This document shows positions 1 through 8,638 of a stretch of DNA of 64,000 bases, piece after piece. The stretch is from Patescibacteria group bacterium. GTDB lineage: Bacteria; Patescibacteriota; UBA1384; XYA2-FULL-43-10; 1-14-0-10-43-13. Positions within the stretch are counted from its first letter, which is position 1, and each line of letters begins with the position of its first letter. The stretch spans positions 128,929 through 192,928 of the forward strand of contig JBAYHC010000004.1 of assembly GCA_041666325.1 (NCBI GenBank). Direction: 5' to 3'. The notes under the pieces are model-generated. The model had not been told where the DNA came from, searched no databases, and saw nothing but the letters and a program-made list of their open reading frames with translations. The position numbers and the translations under genes are program-made.

Positions 1-266
1 TTCTGTTCTGCTGGGCTGCCAGCCATCTTCACCCAAATCCTTACCCTCTCCAATCTGGCACAATGGCAATATTACGGCTATATTCTTCTCTACATCTTTT
101 TCTTCATGCTAGACGATCTCCTGGTCTTTTTCATCGCCATGACAACTCTTCGAGTGGCCGGTGTTACCACCAAATACACACGATTCTCCCACCTGATCGG
201 TGGGATACTAATGGTCATCATCGGTCTCTTGCTCCTCTTTAAGCCGGAGATATTGATGTTCGGATA
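1..266 (+). CDS. 3' end of a membrane protein. The ORF is truncated by the window edge. The visible part is hydrophobic and ends ...LLLLFKPEILMFG*.
   Basis: The frame starting at base 1 stays open until a TAG at 264-266. The translation consists of hydrophobic helices. No start codon lies inside the window. Confidence 0.4.
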
Positions 267-330
267 GGGCTTTGTCTAGCGCTTCTTGCCCAACCCTTTG
301 TTCTGTCTAAATTGATCTAAATAAAAAAAT

Positions 331-356
331 GCTCCCGCCCGGATGAGGGTGGGAGC
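331..356. terminator. GC-rich hairpin (gctcccgccc-ggatga-gggtgggagc) lying between two convergent genes. It is a candidate bidirectional intrinsic terminator.
   Basis: An inverted repeat was seen directly at 331-340 and 347-356, flanked by an A/T-rich run (aaataaaaaaa). It sits between the 3' ends of the 1..266 (+) and 429..1631 (-) genes. Confidence 0.4.
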
Positions 357-428
357 AAAGTCGTGTCTGCCCGCAAATGGAGCGGGCAGTCCAGGTTACA
401 CAGCCTGGCCTGTTAAATTGCTGGCGGC

Positions 429-1631
429 TTACGCCGCTTCGGTCTGCGTCTCGTCGGGCGCCGGAGTGGCCTTGGCCGCCTTCTTGTGGCGGTTACGGCC
501 GATCGACTGGTTGATGCGGTGCACCATCTCCAGGATGGAGACATTCTTGTTGTGCGCAATGCTCCAGTCGTACGACTCCGCGTGGGCGAGAGCCCTGCGG
601 ATGTTCTCCTGACTGAGGTCTTCGCCGACAATGCTCATGAAGTTTGGCGAAGAGATGATCAGCTGGAGAACGGCGTTGACACCGCGCGCCGTCTCGAGGA
701 TATGGTTCTCGCTGCCCCACGCCTTGGGCCAGACGTCCTTGGCCATCTTGATCATGGCCAGGATGATCTCGGCCCGCCGCTGCGGGGTCAGAGCGCCGAT
801 CGGGCTTGTCCGGCCGATGACCCGCCGGATGGTGGTGTGCAAGCCCTTGCCGTTGATGCCGACCGGGCGGTGGCGCCGCTCGTAGATGCGCGTCTCCTGC
901 TCCTCAAGCAAGATCTTGCCCTTAAGAGGGCTGCAGGTGTCGCTGTTGAGGCGCATGACGACCTCGTAAGCCTCACGATCCAGCGCGCTCGCCCATGTGT
1001 CCAGCTCGTGTTTGATCGCCATGGTCATGCGCGCATCGATCGGCTTGCGTTCGGCCTGCATGGCAAAGACGCGGAGGCGCTGCTTGTAGGACAGGCTCAT
1101 CGTCACCGTCAGGTTGAAGGCAAGGTGCGCCCGCTCTGCCTCATGCAGAACACTGAGAGCCATAACGCGGTGCTGGCCGTCGTCGACCGACACGAAGCAC
1201 TGGCTGGGATCGTACGCGAGCGAGCAGGTGGACTGGTCGTACGTCCACGGACCCTTGAGGTCGCCGAGGATGGCATCCAGCCAGAGGTTCTCCGGCTTCA
1301 GCATCGCCTGGCTGATGTCAAGGGCGTGGTCGTGGTCATACTTGCGGTTGACACCCTCGACGTCCTCGCCGAACCGCTCGATCTTGCACATAGCGACGAC
1401 CTGCTCCGCCGTAAGGCGGAAACTGTAGACGTCTACACCATGCTGCTGGAACCGTACTACTGGACCGACCTGAAACATCAGTTTCTCCGCGGGCGCTGCG
1501 GCCCGTTTCTCGTGGTAGTCATCAAGGGAAGTGGTCAGTGCTGAAAATGAAAGCACTTGCCTTGCGGCAAGTTTTATTTTTGCGTATTCAGCCACAGTCC
1601 AAGTCCAGTGATGCTGAGAGAAATATAGCAA
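429..1631 (-). CDS. DGQHR-domain protein (DndB-like / ParB-fold family), 400 aa. It is encoded in a block of strikingly high GC.
   Basis: The translation contains the diagnostic ...FVSVDDGQHRVMALSV... motif of the DGQHR (DndB) family. GC content across about 343-1631 is far higher than the rest of the window. The overlapping plus-strand ORF 486..1544 is a shadow ORF. Confidence 0.75.
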   Translation of the reverse strand: MLYFSQHHWTWTVAEYAKIKLAARQVLSFSALTTSLDDYHEKRAAAPAEKLMFQVGPVVRFQQHGVDVYSFRLTAEQVVAMCKIERFGEDVEGVNRKYDHDHALDISQAMLKPENLWLDAILGDLKGPWTYDQSTCSLAYDPSQCFVSVDDGQHRVMALSVLHEAERAHLAFNLTVTMSLSYKQRLRVFAMQAERKPIDARMTMAIKHELDTWASALDREAYEVVMRLNSDTCSPLKGKILLEEQETRIYERRHRPVGINGKGLHTTIRRVIGRTSPIGALTPQRRAEIILAMIKMAKDVWPKAWGSENHILETARGVNAVLQLIISSPNFMSIVGEDLSQENIRRALAHAESYDWSIAHNKNVSILEMVHRINQSIGRNRHKKAAKATPAPDETQTEAA

Positions 1632-2213
1632 ATAAACGCTTACTTGTCAATAGCCATAAACATTAACGATGGTAATTCTGCACCATTAGTTGACACATGA
1701 CACAATATGCCTGTGGTAACGATCACATGAATAGTATGTATAAACCAGCAAGCGAGACAAACTAGAGTTATACCAAACTGACATCAATGAAAAACACAGG
1801 CACTTTTACGCTGACAATGATTAATTTAATAGAACTAAAAATAAGTTAATCTTTTTGTCTTGCTCCCTTAAAATTAGATAACAAGAAACTTGATTACACC
1901 AAAAATATTAGAGTTGAGAGAATACTTACACCAAAATAGTATCGGATAAAGAAAGTCTACCAATAAAATAGAGTTTGCTGTCGATCTGTGTCCCCCAAAA
2001 TATTCCCAGGCATAGTCAACATTACAACAAAATTACCTAGTGTACCGAATTCCCGTAACAAAAAACAGATCTTAACGGGGTGCTCCTAAGTTAAGAGGTA
2101 ACTTAGATATTATCAATGTCCCCTCGGCGTTCTCTCAATACAGAACTTTTTCCCTCCGATGCATCTTTATGCTAGCGCCAATTGCAAATAGTTGTCAAGT
2201 AGCCAGTAATAGT

Positions 2214-2939
2214 TTATGCTTCCGACATCTTCCAGAGTGTGTCAAAAACCTTTCTCTGCGTCTCGGCATTGGGCTTGCTCTCAACAATTAGCCCGTGAAT
2301 TGTCTCGCCACAAGAGATTGTGGCAACCTTATCACCGTAAATAATGGTACTGGTTTCAAAATTGAGCTTTTCGGGCAAGAATCGTAGCTCTTTGCCGTGA
2401 GAGTGGTAAAACTCCTTGAACCTCTTTGTGACATCCGACTTTGGCACAAGCTCTCTCATCTCAACTTTCGATTTTAATCTACCATAGATATATTCCGGCA
2501 GGCCCTTGTAGTGCCTCTCCACCACCTCAATGTCACCATAAGCACATATCTCTTTGGCGCCCTCAATATCCCTATAAACCTTCTCCATCTCCTCGGCACC
2601 CTCGAAGAACATGACAGAGGGTTTCTCCTTGTCGGGCTTATGCAGTGCTGATAGCTCTGGCAGTATTGACTCAAAGTCCTTAACATAGCCCTTAATCATC
2701 TCATTGATCTTCTTGGGGTCGGTCGCGGCGTAGTGGCGTCTTCCACCCTTTTCAATGTGGCCCATCAAGTGCTTTTTCTCTAGATCGGTCAGAATATCAT
2801 AACAATAGGTCCGCTTCACACCTGACTTCTTAGAAATTGGTAAAACTGTTGACTCTCCAAGCTCAAGAGAAGCCAAATAGACCTTTATTTCTCTGTCGAG
2901 CAATCCTATTTCATTTAAAATACTCTCGATTTGTCCCAT
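2214..2939 (-). CDS. TrmB-family helix-turn-helix transcriptional regulator
   Basis: The N-terminal winged HTH (IGLLDREIKVYLASLELGESTVLPISKKSGVKRTYCYDILTDLEKKHLM) is typical of TrmB-like regulators. The protein is 241 aa. Confidence 0.65.
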   Translation of the reverse strand: MGQIESILNEIGLLDREIKVYLASLELGESTVLPISKKSGVKRTYCYDILTDLEKKHLMGHIEKGGRRHYAATDPKKINEMIKGYVKDFESILPELSALHKPDKEKPSVMFFEGAEEMEKVYRDIEGAKEICAYGDIEVVERHYKGLPEYIYGRLKSKVEMRELVPKSDVTKRFKEFYHSHGKELRFLPEKLNFETSTIIYGDKVATISCGETIHGLIVESKPNAETQRKVFDTLWKMSEA

Positions 2940-3124
2940 TTCCCTCTCCTTAAAAATATCAGACTGAAACCATTTTAGCGTTGATGTGATATTTTTCCAA
3001 GCCCCAATTGTGCCAACTCGTCGTTATCTTGCGACAGAACTAAGCAATTGATTATCAATTGCGGCCAAAACAAAAACACCCGCGAACTAATCTTGGGTGC
3101 CTTTTGTTGTTAAGCAGTTAACGA

Positions 3125-3484
3125 TTAGGCCTTCTTCTTCCCCTCGTCCAGTGCAACCGCCTTAAGCTCCTCTTTCATCACCTCTTTTGAGCGCAGGCCT
3201 ATGATCTCTTTTGCGATCTCACCATTTTTGAAAACTTTCATGTTTGGAATACTCAGAATCTCATATTTCTCAGCAACCTCCTGATTCTCGGGCGCCTCAA
3301 CATTAAATTTAACGATTTTGACCTTTCCGTCCAAGTCGGAATCTTCTGAGAGCTCATCCAAAATCGGTGCCATAATCAAACACGGCTGGCACCAGCTTGC
3401 CCAAAAATCAACCAGAACAGGTACCTCGGAGTTCAAAACTTCTGATTCAAAGTTTCCAGCGTTTACATCTACGACCTTTGCCAT
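3125..3484 (-). CDS. trxA: Thioredoxin with an atypical CQPC active site (W-C-Q-P-C)
   Basis: The translation contains ...DFWASWCQPCLIMAPILDEL... within a thioredoxin fold of thioredoxin length (119 aa). The canonical motif is WCGPC. Confidence 0.85.
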   Translation of the reverse strand: MAKVVDVNAGNFESEVLNSEVPVLVDFWASWCQPCLIMAPILDELSEDSDLDGKVKIVKFNVEAPENQEVAEKYEILSIPNMKVFKNGEIAKEIIGLRSKEVMKEELKAVALDEGKKKA

Positions 3485-3693
3485 CGCGCTTCCTTTCTCT
3501 TAATCCTTGATTCGAAATATAACATAAAGCCTAATTCCTTTGCCAACTTTTAGCTATAAATTTAATCACAGATTGTGCAGAGTGCACAAGTTCTGACAAA
3601 ACTAGATGGTCGATTTGGTTGATCTGCTTCTAGGAAAAATGAGTCATCCGTCTAGAATATAATGCTTACCTATACAATATTTGGAGTATTAAC

Positions 3694-3846
3694 ATGTGGC
3701 GATACAGAGTTAGCGGCATTTTGGGAATTTTCGTAGCCATAGTTCCCTTTCTCGGCCTCCCCGGCGGCATATTTAGGGCATTACTTTTTTTCATCGGACT
3801 TACCATAGGCGCCCTTGGCCTTGGCAACGCTAGCGAAGATGGCTAG
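3694..3846 (+). CDS. Small hypothetical membrane protein (50 aa) that is absent from the ORF track
   Basis: An ATG at 3694 is preceded by a GGAG ribosome-binding site (ttggagtattaacATG). The product MWRYRVSGILGIFVAIVPFLGLPGGIFRALLFFIGLTIGALGLGNASEDG is a two-helix hydrophobic peptide. A TACAAT -10-like box lies at 3672-3677. Confidence 0.3.
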   Translation: MWRYRVSGILGIFVAIVPFLGLPGGIFRALLFFIGLTIGALGLGNASEDG

Positions 3847-5015
3847 AGGACGATAGTGCCACCACCAAGAACAATCTCTCCGTCGTAAAAAACAGCGGCT
3901 TGACCTGGAGTGATTGCTCGAACGGACTTGTCAAATCGTAGTTCATAGCTCATAGCTCGCCTGCCTGCATCGCCTGGAGCGAAGCGACTGCGGGCAGGTA
4001 GCTCGGGATTCACGCCCAAAATACAAGATTCAACACACGAAATGCGAGCCGGCACTGTCTCACTTCGGTACCTAATCTTTACGCCGATCACAGACGGAAT
4101 CACGGGTTTTTCTCCGATCCAATGAATGTTGCTAACTGTGGCCTGATCAGAAAATAAATCTTTTTCTTCGCCAACATAGACAATATTTTTCTCGATGTTT
4201 TTGGACACGACTAGATATGGCCCACCCCCCAACTTAATGTCCAGTCCATGACGCTGGCCGACCGTATAGTAGTAGACACCGTCATGCTCGCCAAGCTCTC
4301 GACCATCGATATGAATAATCCTTCCCTTCTCAGGCTTAATATAGTCCTTTAAAAAGTTCTTCATTTTGAGGGGACCGATGAAGCAAACACCTTGGCTGTC
4401 CTTCTTGGTCGCAGTTGATAGATCAAACTTCTCAGCCATCTTTCTGACCTCCGGCTTGGTATAGTCACCAACAGGGAAGATGGTCTGCGCCAGATGTCTC
4501 TGCTCCAAAACATACAAGAAGTAACTCTGATCCTTATTCTTGTCAGCCGCTTGCAGCAACTTGTAGCTACTGTTGCGATGCCCTTCCACCTCAGCCTCCT
4601 CGTTTTCCGCCTTGATACGTGCGTAGTGTCCAGTGGCGACAAAATTTGCACCCTCTGCTATCGCCTGGTCAAAAAACATGCCGAACTTAATTTCCTTGTT
4701 GCACATTAAGTCCGGGTTAGGGGTAATTCCACTCTTGTATGCCCCCACCATGTATTCTACGACCTTTTTTTCATACTGTTGGGTAAAGTCCCAGGTAAGT
4801 AGCGGAATTTCTAATTTCGCTGCAACGCGAGCGGCATCAGCCCTCTCCTCTTTCCACAGGCAATAATCAAGGCGGGATTCATCCCGCGAAGCTTCAGCGG
4901 AGCGGGACCAGAACTTCATAAAAACGCCAACAACAGAATAGCCCTGTTCCTTGAGCAATGCTGCTGCAACAGAACTATCAACCCCTCCGCTCATTGCGAC
5001 ATAAACCTTCTTCAT
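3843..5015 (-). CDS. mnmA: tRNA-specific 2-thiouridylase MnmA. It carries an in-frame insertion of a repeat element near the C-terminus.
   Basis: The N-terminal PP-loop is MKKVYVAMSGGVDSSVAA. The conserved C-terminal ...ITPGQAAVFYDGEIVLGGG motif is present. The inserted segment reads ELPARSRFAPGDAGRRAMSY and is encoded by the repeat copy at 3963-3998. Confidence 0.9.
   Translation of the reverse strand: MKKVYVAMSGGVDSSVAAALLKEQGYSVVGVFMKFWSRSAEASRDESRLDYCLWKEERADAARVAAKLEIPLLTWDFTQQYEKKVVEYMVGAYKSGITPNPDLMCNKEIKFGMFFDQAIAEGANFVATGHYARIKAENEEAEVEGHRNSSYKLLQAADKNKDQSYFLYVLEQRHLAQTIFPVGDYTKPEVRKMAEKFDLSTATKKDSQGVCFIGPLKMKNFLKDYIKPEKGRIIHIDGRELGEHDGVYYYTVGQRHGLDIKLGGGPYLVVSKNIEKNIVYVGEEKDLFSDQATVSNIHWIGEKPVIPSVIGVKIRYRSETVPARISCVESCILGVNPELPARSRFAPGDAGRRAMSYELRFDKSVRAITPGQAAVFYDGEIVLGGGTIVL
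3953..4005. repeat. Copy of the 36-bp core repeat GCCTGCATCGCCTGGAGCGAAGCGACTGCGGGCAGG. It lies inside mnmA and is flanked by tagctcg direct repeats.
   Basis: The core at 3963-3998 is identical to the cores at 27071-27106 and, in reverse complement, at 7266-7301 and 7312-7347. The flanking direct repeat is tagctcg...tagctcg. Confidence 0.8.
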
Positions 5016-5089
5016 CCGAAAAATTATACAGAATTTCTAGACTTTTGTCTACCAGGCCAAATACAAAAAAGAAGCCCCGGGAAAGGGGC

Positions 5090-5881
5090 TCAAACGGGTA
5101 AAATCAACGAGGCCAGCAAGAGGCCGATACCGAGATCCATTGCCAGCTTGGTGACAGAAATGGTTTTCGGGTGGCAATCTCTGCTCTCCTGGAGCTGGTG
5201 AATAGCTGGCCAAAACACAATGAACATAAACCAACGATGGCCCCTCAATATCAAGGCACCAAGCACCAACAAGGTTGCCAACCACAGCAGACATATGACA
5301 ATCTTCTTGGTTCGGTCTTCTCCTAGCCACTGAATCAACGTCCACTTGTATCCGGGATCATGTTCCCTATCATCAAAATCCTTAAGAATCTCCCTGGCAT
5401 GTATGGCCAAGAATGTACTAGCAAACAAAATCCACAAACTTGGATCAGTGTGCCCAACAAACACCGGAAGTAGGGCCGGCAGCGCAGCAGCGGTTGCTAC
5501 CGCCAAGTTGGGCAACAAAGGGATTTGCCTTACTGCCGAGTAACAAAGGCCAACCATGATCAAAATAATCATGGGTTGAGAAAAACGGCTTTCTTGCCTT
5601 AAGGCCAGTGCCACAAGCACAAGCGCGATCAACCACATTGCCGTAGCAAAGGCCAAAAAGAGCTGCGAGTGCTCGGAAGCAGTGGTTTTGCCTTTCTTGG
5701 CATCATGGTTGCGATCACAATAATCGTTCCAAACCATCGTCGCAGATGTTATAAGCATTGTTGCCAGAGACGGCAACCAAGTCAAAGACACACTAAGATT
5801 TGAAATCCTAAAGGCGGCAAGCACCAATGCGCCCGCCATGAAACAAACTGGCAATCGTAAGGCCTTGATGATTGGCTTCAT
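5090..5881 (-). CDS. UbiA-family polyprenyltransferase (integral membrane protein)
   Basis: The NDYCDRNHDAKK sequence matches the NDxxDxxxD motif of the UbiA family. The rest of the 263-aa product is multiple hydrophobic helices. Confidence 0.75.
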   Translation of the reverse strand: MKPIIKALRLPVCFMAGALVLAAFRISNLSVSLTWLPSLATMLITSATMVWNDYCDRNHDAKKGKTTASEHSQLFLAFATAMWLIALVLVALALRQESRFSQPMIILIMVGLCYSAVRQIPLLPNLAVATAAALPALLPVFVGHTDPSLWILFASTFLAIHAREILKDFDDREHDPGYKWTLIQWLGEDRTKKIVICLLWLATLLVLGALILRGHRWFMFIVFWPAIHQLQESRDCHPKTISVTKLAMDLGIGLLLASLILPV

Positions 5882-5971
5882 TCAGTGCCCCCTCTCTCTC
5901 CACTTCCACCACGCTAGTGGCGCAATCATATTAGCACAAATATCTCCAGCACACCCACACGCTAGGCAATA

Positions 5972-6000
5972 TTGACAGGACAGCATTATTTAGGTATTTT
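5972..6000 (+). promoter_or_regulatory. Candidate sigma70-type promoter for iscR: TTGACA, 17 bp spacer, TATTTT
   Basis: A TTGACA box at 5972-5977 is followed by a 17-bp spacer and then TATTTT at 5995-6000. This is about 50 bp upstream of the iscR ATG at 6048. Confidence 0.35.
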
Positions 6001-6005
6001 AATTG

Positions 6006-6022
6006 CGGACTATCTTAGTCCG
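6006..6022. promoter_or_regulatory. Perfect palindrome CGGACTA-tct-TAGTCCG. It is a candidate IscR/Rrf2 operator overlapping the iscR promoter.
   Basis: The inverted repeat was seen directly. Its GACT...AGTC half-sites resemble IscR type-1 sites. It lies between the putative -10 box and the iscR start codon. Confidence 0.4.
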
Positions 6023-6047
6023 TAATTTTTAAGAAAGCCGGCCAAGT

Positions 6048-6437
6048 ATGAGATTGTCGACAAAAACCTACTATGGGCTCCGAGCGATGACCAACTTAGC
6101 TCGCAAAGAAGAGGTCTCCCCGATTGCTGATATTTCTTTTGAAGAGGATATTCCTTTTGCTTTTCTTGAAAAGATCTTCCAGCAACTCAAGCGAGCAGGA
6201 TTAGTTAAATCAAAGATAGGATCGATGGGTGGATACGAGCTGGCCAGATCGCCCAAAGAAATAACGGCAGGACAGATCTTCGAAGCATTGGGCGAGGAGG
6301 TTTCGTCTTCGTTTTGCCCAGGCAACTCGAGCTGCCCCAAGTATGGCTCGTGCGGAACAAAGGATTTTTTATCCAAGTTAGAATCATCGATCGGCCAAAC
6401 ACTCGAATCAATTACATTGGAAAGGTTAATCGTCTAA
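6048..6437 (+). CDS. iscR: Rrf2-family transcriptional regulator (IscR-like)
   Basis: The N-terminus MRLSTKTYYGLRAMTNLA is typical of the Rrf2 HTH. A Cys cluster (CPGNSSCPKYGSC) is present. The gene sits immediately upstream of iscS. Confidence 0.8.
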   Translation: MRLSTKTYYGLRAMTNLARKEEVSPIADISFEEDIPFAFLEKIFQQLKRAGLVKSKIGSMGGYELARSPKEITAGQIFEALGEEVSSSFCPGNSSCPKYGSCGTKDFLSKLESSIGQTLESITLERLIV

Positions 6438-6438
6438 T

Positions 6439-7725
6439 ATGAATAAGATTTACCTTGATCACTCAGCCACAACGCCACTCGATCCAGCAGTACTAGCAGC
6501 AATGATGCCATTCTTCAGTGACGACTTTGGCAACCCGGGATCCCTGCACTCTTTTGGCGTCGAAGCCAAGAAAGCAGTCGTCGAAGCGCGCAAGAATATT
6601 GCCTCCTTTTTGGGTTGCGATGAAACTGAAATCACTTTTACCTCCGGCGGAAGTGAAAGTGATAATCTTGCAATAAGGGGAATAGTAGAAAGTAGAAGGG
6701 GGAAAGTAGAAGGGGGAAGCAAGCCGCATGTCGTCACCAGTGCATTCGAGCACAAGGCTGTGTTGGACACTGTCAAAGCACTGGAAAAATCAGGTGATAT
6801 CGAGGCTACTTACGTTCAGCCGGGACCCAATGGTGTCATTCAGAGTGAAGACGTTAAAGCTGAAATTAAAGACAATACCATTCTAATTTCAATCATGTAC
6901 GTCAACAATGAAATCGGCACCATTCAGCCAATCCGCGAGATCGGAAAACTGGTCAAGAAGATCAATGCAAGCAGACACCTTCTATCCTCTACTTTCTACC
7001 CTCTACTTTTTCACACCGATGCTGTACAAGCTGCCGAATTTTGTCCGATGAATGTTAACGACCTCGGTGTTGACCTTCTTACCATGACCGCCCACAAAAT
7101 TTATGGCCCGAAGGCGATTGGCTTGCTTTATGCCCGGAAGGGGACGCCGATCCTGCCGGAAATTACTGGCGGAGGCCAGGAAAGAGGATTTCGCGCAGGA
7201 ACAGAGAACGTTCCCGGCATTGTCGGATTCGCAGCCGCTGTTCAGAAAATACGAGATCCAAGATACCTGCCCGCAGTCGCTTCGCTCCAGGCGATGCAGG
7301 CGGACGAGATACCTGCCCGCAGTCGCTTCGCTCCAGGCGATGCAGGCGGACGAGATACGACGCTGCTGCGCGACAAACTGATCGATGGCATTTTGAATAA
7401 CATTCCAAACTCTATTCTTAACGGCGATCGAACACACCTGGTCCCCCATATTGCCAACATTAGCTTTGTTAATGCCGAAGGTGAAGCAATCCTGCTCAAT
7501 CTTGATTTCTTGGGCATTGCCGTCTCTACCGGTTCGGCTTGCACCTCCCGCACCCTCGAGCCCAGCCATGTCCTCTCCTCGATGGGAGTCAGACCAGAAA
7601 ACGCCCATGGTTCAATTCGCTTCTCACTTGGCCGCGAAACTACAGCAGAGGAGATAGACCAAGTTCTCGAGATATTGCCAGGCATTATCAACAAATTAAG
7701 AGCAATGAGTCCATTCAAGAGCTAA
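6439..7725 (+). CDS. iscS: Cysteine desulfurase IscS/NifS. It carries an in-frame tandem insertion of the 46-bp repeat unit.
   Basis: The PLP-binding lysine is in the HKIYGPKAIG context. The SGSACTS active-site loop and a GNPGSLH motif are present. The inserted peptide reads ...LPAVASLQAMQADEIPARSRFAPGDAGG... and is encoded at 7261-7356. Confidence 0.9.
   Translation: MNKIYLDHSATTPLDPAVLAAMMPFFSDDFGNPGSLHSFGVEAKKAVVEARKNIASFLGCDETEITFTSGGSESDNLAIRGIVESRRGKVEGGSKPHVVTSAFEHKAVLDTVKALEKSGDIEATYVQPGPNGVIQSEDVKAEIKDNTILISIMYVNNEIGTIQPIREIGKLVKKINASRHLLSSTFYPLLFHTDAVQAAEFCPMNVNDLGVDLLTMTAHKIYGPKAIGLLYARKGTPILPEITGGGQERGFRAGTENVPGIVGFAAAVQKIRDPRYLPAVASLQAMQADEIPARSRFAPGDAGGRDTTLLRDKLIDGILNNIPNSILNGDRTHLVPHIANISFVNAEGEAILLNLDFLGIAVSTGSACTSRTLEPSHVLSSMGVRPENAHGSIRFSLGRETTAEEIDQVLEILPGIINKLRAMSPFKS
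7261..7356. repeat. Two tandem copies of a 46-bp unit lying inside iscS. Each unit is the reverse complement of the 36-bp core plus a ggacg linker and an agatac flank. The two copies are read in different frames.
   Basis: The cores at 7266-7301 and 7312-7347 are identical to each other. They are the reverse complement of the cores at 3963-3998 and 27071-27106. Confidence 0.85.
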
Positions 7726-7749
7726 GCCACAATGGGCAATTCGTGGCTT

Positions 7750-7805
7750 GTAGTTCGTATTTCGGAAACACTATGCAGTAGCCATAAACGAAATACGAGA
7801 TACAA
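7750..7805. repeat. Hairpin-forming intergenic element with stems TTCGTATTTCG / CGAAATACGAG
   Basis: The inverted repeat was seen directly between the iscS stop codon and the rubredoxin start codon. It belongs to the TACGAAA motif family. Confidence 0.5.
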
Positions 7806-7848
7806 TACACAAGATTGAACGAACAAAAACAAGGAAGCTGTTATCCCA

Positions 7849-8043
7849 ATGAACAAGACTAACGTAATAAAGAAATATGTCTGTCCACCCTGCGGTTACA
7901 TCTACGATCCGGCGGTTGGGGACCCCGAGATCGGTATTGCACCAGGCACGCCCTTCTCAGATCTTCCCGATGATTGGCTCTGTCCGCTCTGCGGCGTCAC
8001 GAAAGCTGAATTTGTCGAAGAACATGAATTCTATGGAGATTAA
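7849..8043 (+). CDS. Rubredoxin
   Basis: The product has two C-x-x-C-G knuckles (CPPCGY and CPLCGV) with aromatic residues between them. It is 64 aa long. Confidence 0.85.
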   Translation: MNKTNVIKKYVCPPCGYIYDPAVGDPEIGIAPGTPFSDLPDDWLCPLCGVTKAEFVEEHEFYGD

Positions 8044-8057
8044 TCTCTGCATCTCGC

Positions 8058-8103
8058 CTATTTGTAATTTCGTATTTTCGTTTAATTTGTAATTTAGTAG
8101 GAG
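8058..8103. repeat. Intergenic element that is partly homologous to the element arms at 30142-30182 and 15815-15858. The shared core is ttcgtattttcgtt...taatttgtaatttagtaggag.
   Basis: The sequence similarity was seen directly. It ends in a TAGGAG Shine-Dalgarno-like box ahead of iscU. Confidence 0.45.
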
Positions 8104-8113
8104 ATCTGGAAAC

Positions 8114-8593
8114 GTGGAACAAGTACAATACTCACAACAAGTCCTAGACCACTTCTTTAATCCCAGAAACGTGGGTGAGATTTCTAATGCTGACGGCATC
8201 GGCGAGGTTGGCAACCTTCGTTGCGGCGATGTTATGTATGTGTATATCAAAGTAGGCGGAAGGCCCCGACAAAGTCGGGATAAACTCCAGGCGGAAGGCG
8301 AGACGCTTAGCGCCACTGAAGGCCGCGCCAAGCGTGGCGGAAGTGAAGAAGAGTATATTGAAGATATCAAATTCAAAACTTTAGGCTGCGCCGCCGCTAT
8401 CGCCTCAACAAGCATGATGACCGAGCTTGTTAAGGGAAAATCACTTGAGGATGCGATGAAAGTAACGCGCGACGATATCAATGAAGCCCTGGGGATTCTT
8501 CCCAAACAAAAATACCACTGCTCCATATTATCGGCAGACGGTATTCGCAAGGCGGTTGAGAACTATAGGGCAAGCAAAGCGGTAGGGCGGTAA
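8114..8593 (+). CDS. iscU: Fe-S cluster scaffold protein IscU/NifU. It contains a roughly 30-aa in-frame insertion inside its conserved core.
   Basis: The conserved Cys motifs are present: RCGDVM, KTLGCAAAIAS and KYHCSIL. Residues about 48-79 (GGRPRQSRDKLQAEGETLSATEGRAKRGGSEE) interrupt the conserved KV-x-IEDxKFKT segment. Confidence 0.85.
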   Translation: MEQVQYSQQVLDHFFNPRNVGEISNADGIGEVGNLRCGDVMYVYIKVGGRPRQSRDKLQAEGETLSATEGRAKRGGSEEEYIEDIKFKTLGCAAAIASTSMMTELVKGKSLEDAMKVTRDDINEALGILPKQKYHCSILSADGIRKAVENYRASKAVGR

Positions 8594-8638
8594 AGCAGTA
8601 GGGTAATAGTAGGTTTTTTTCTTATAACCTTACTAGCC

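Noticed and set aside
486-1544. 352-aa plus-strand ORF overlapping the DGQHR gene
   Set aside because: It is a shadow ORF. A long open frame on the opposite strand is expected by chance in 60% GC DNA, and it has no recognisable motifs. The minus-strand frame carries the family signature.
7003-7718. Several antisense or alternative-frame ORFs inside iscS (7003..7608, 7242..7718, 7103..7381)
   Set aside because: They lie within a gene of strong homology-based identity. They partly consist of the translated repeat element.
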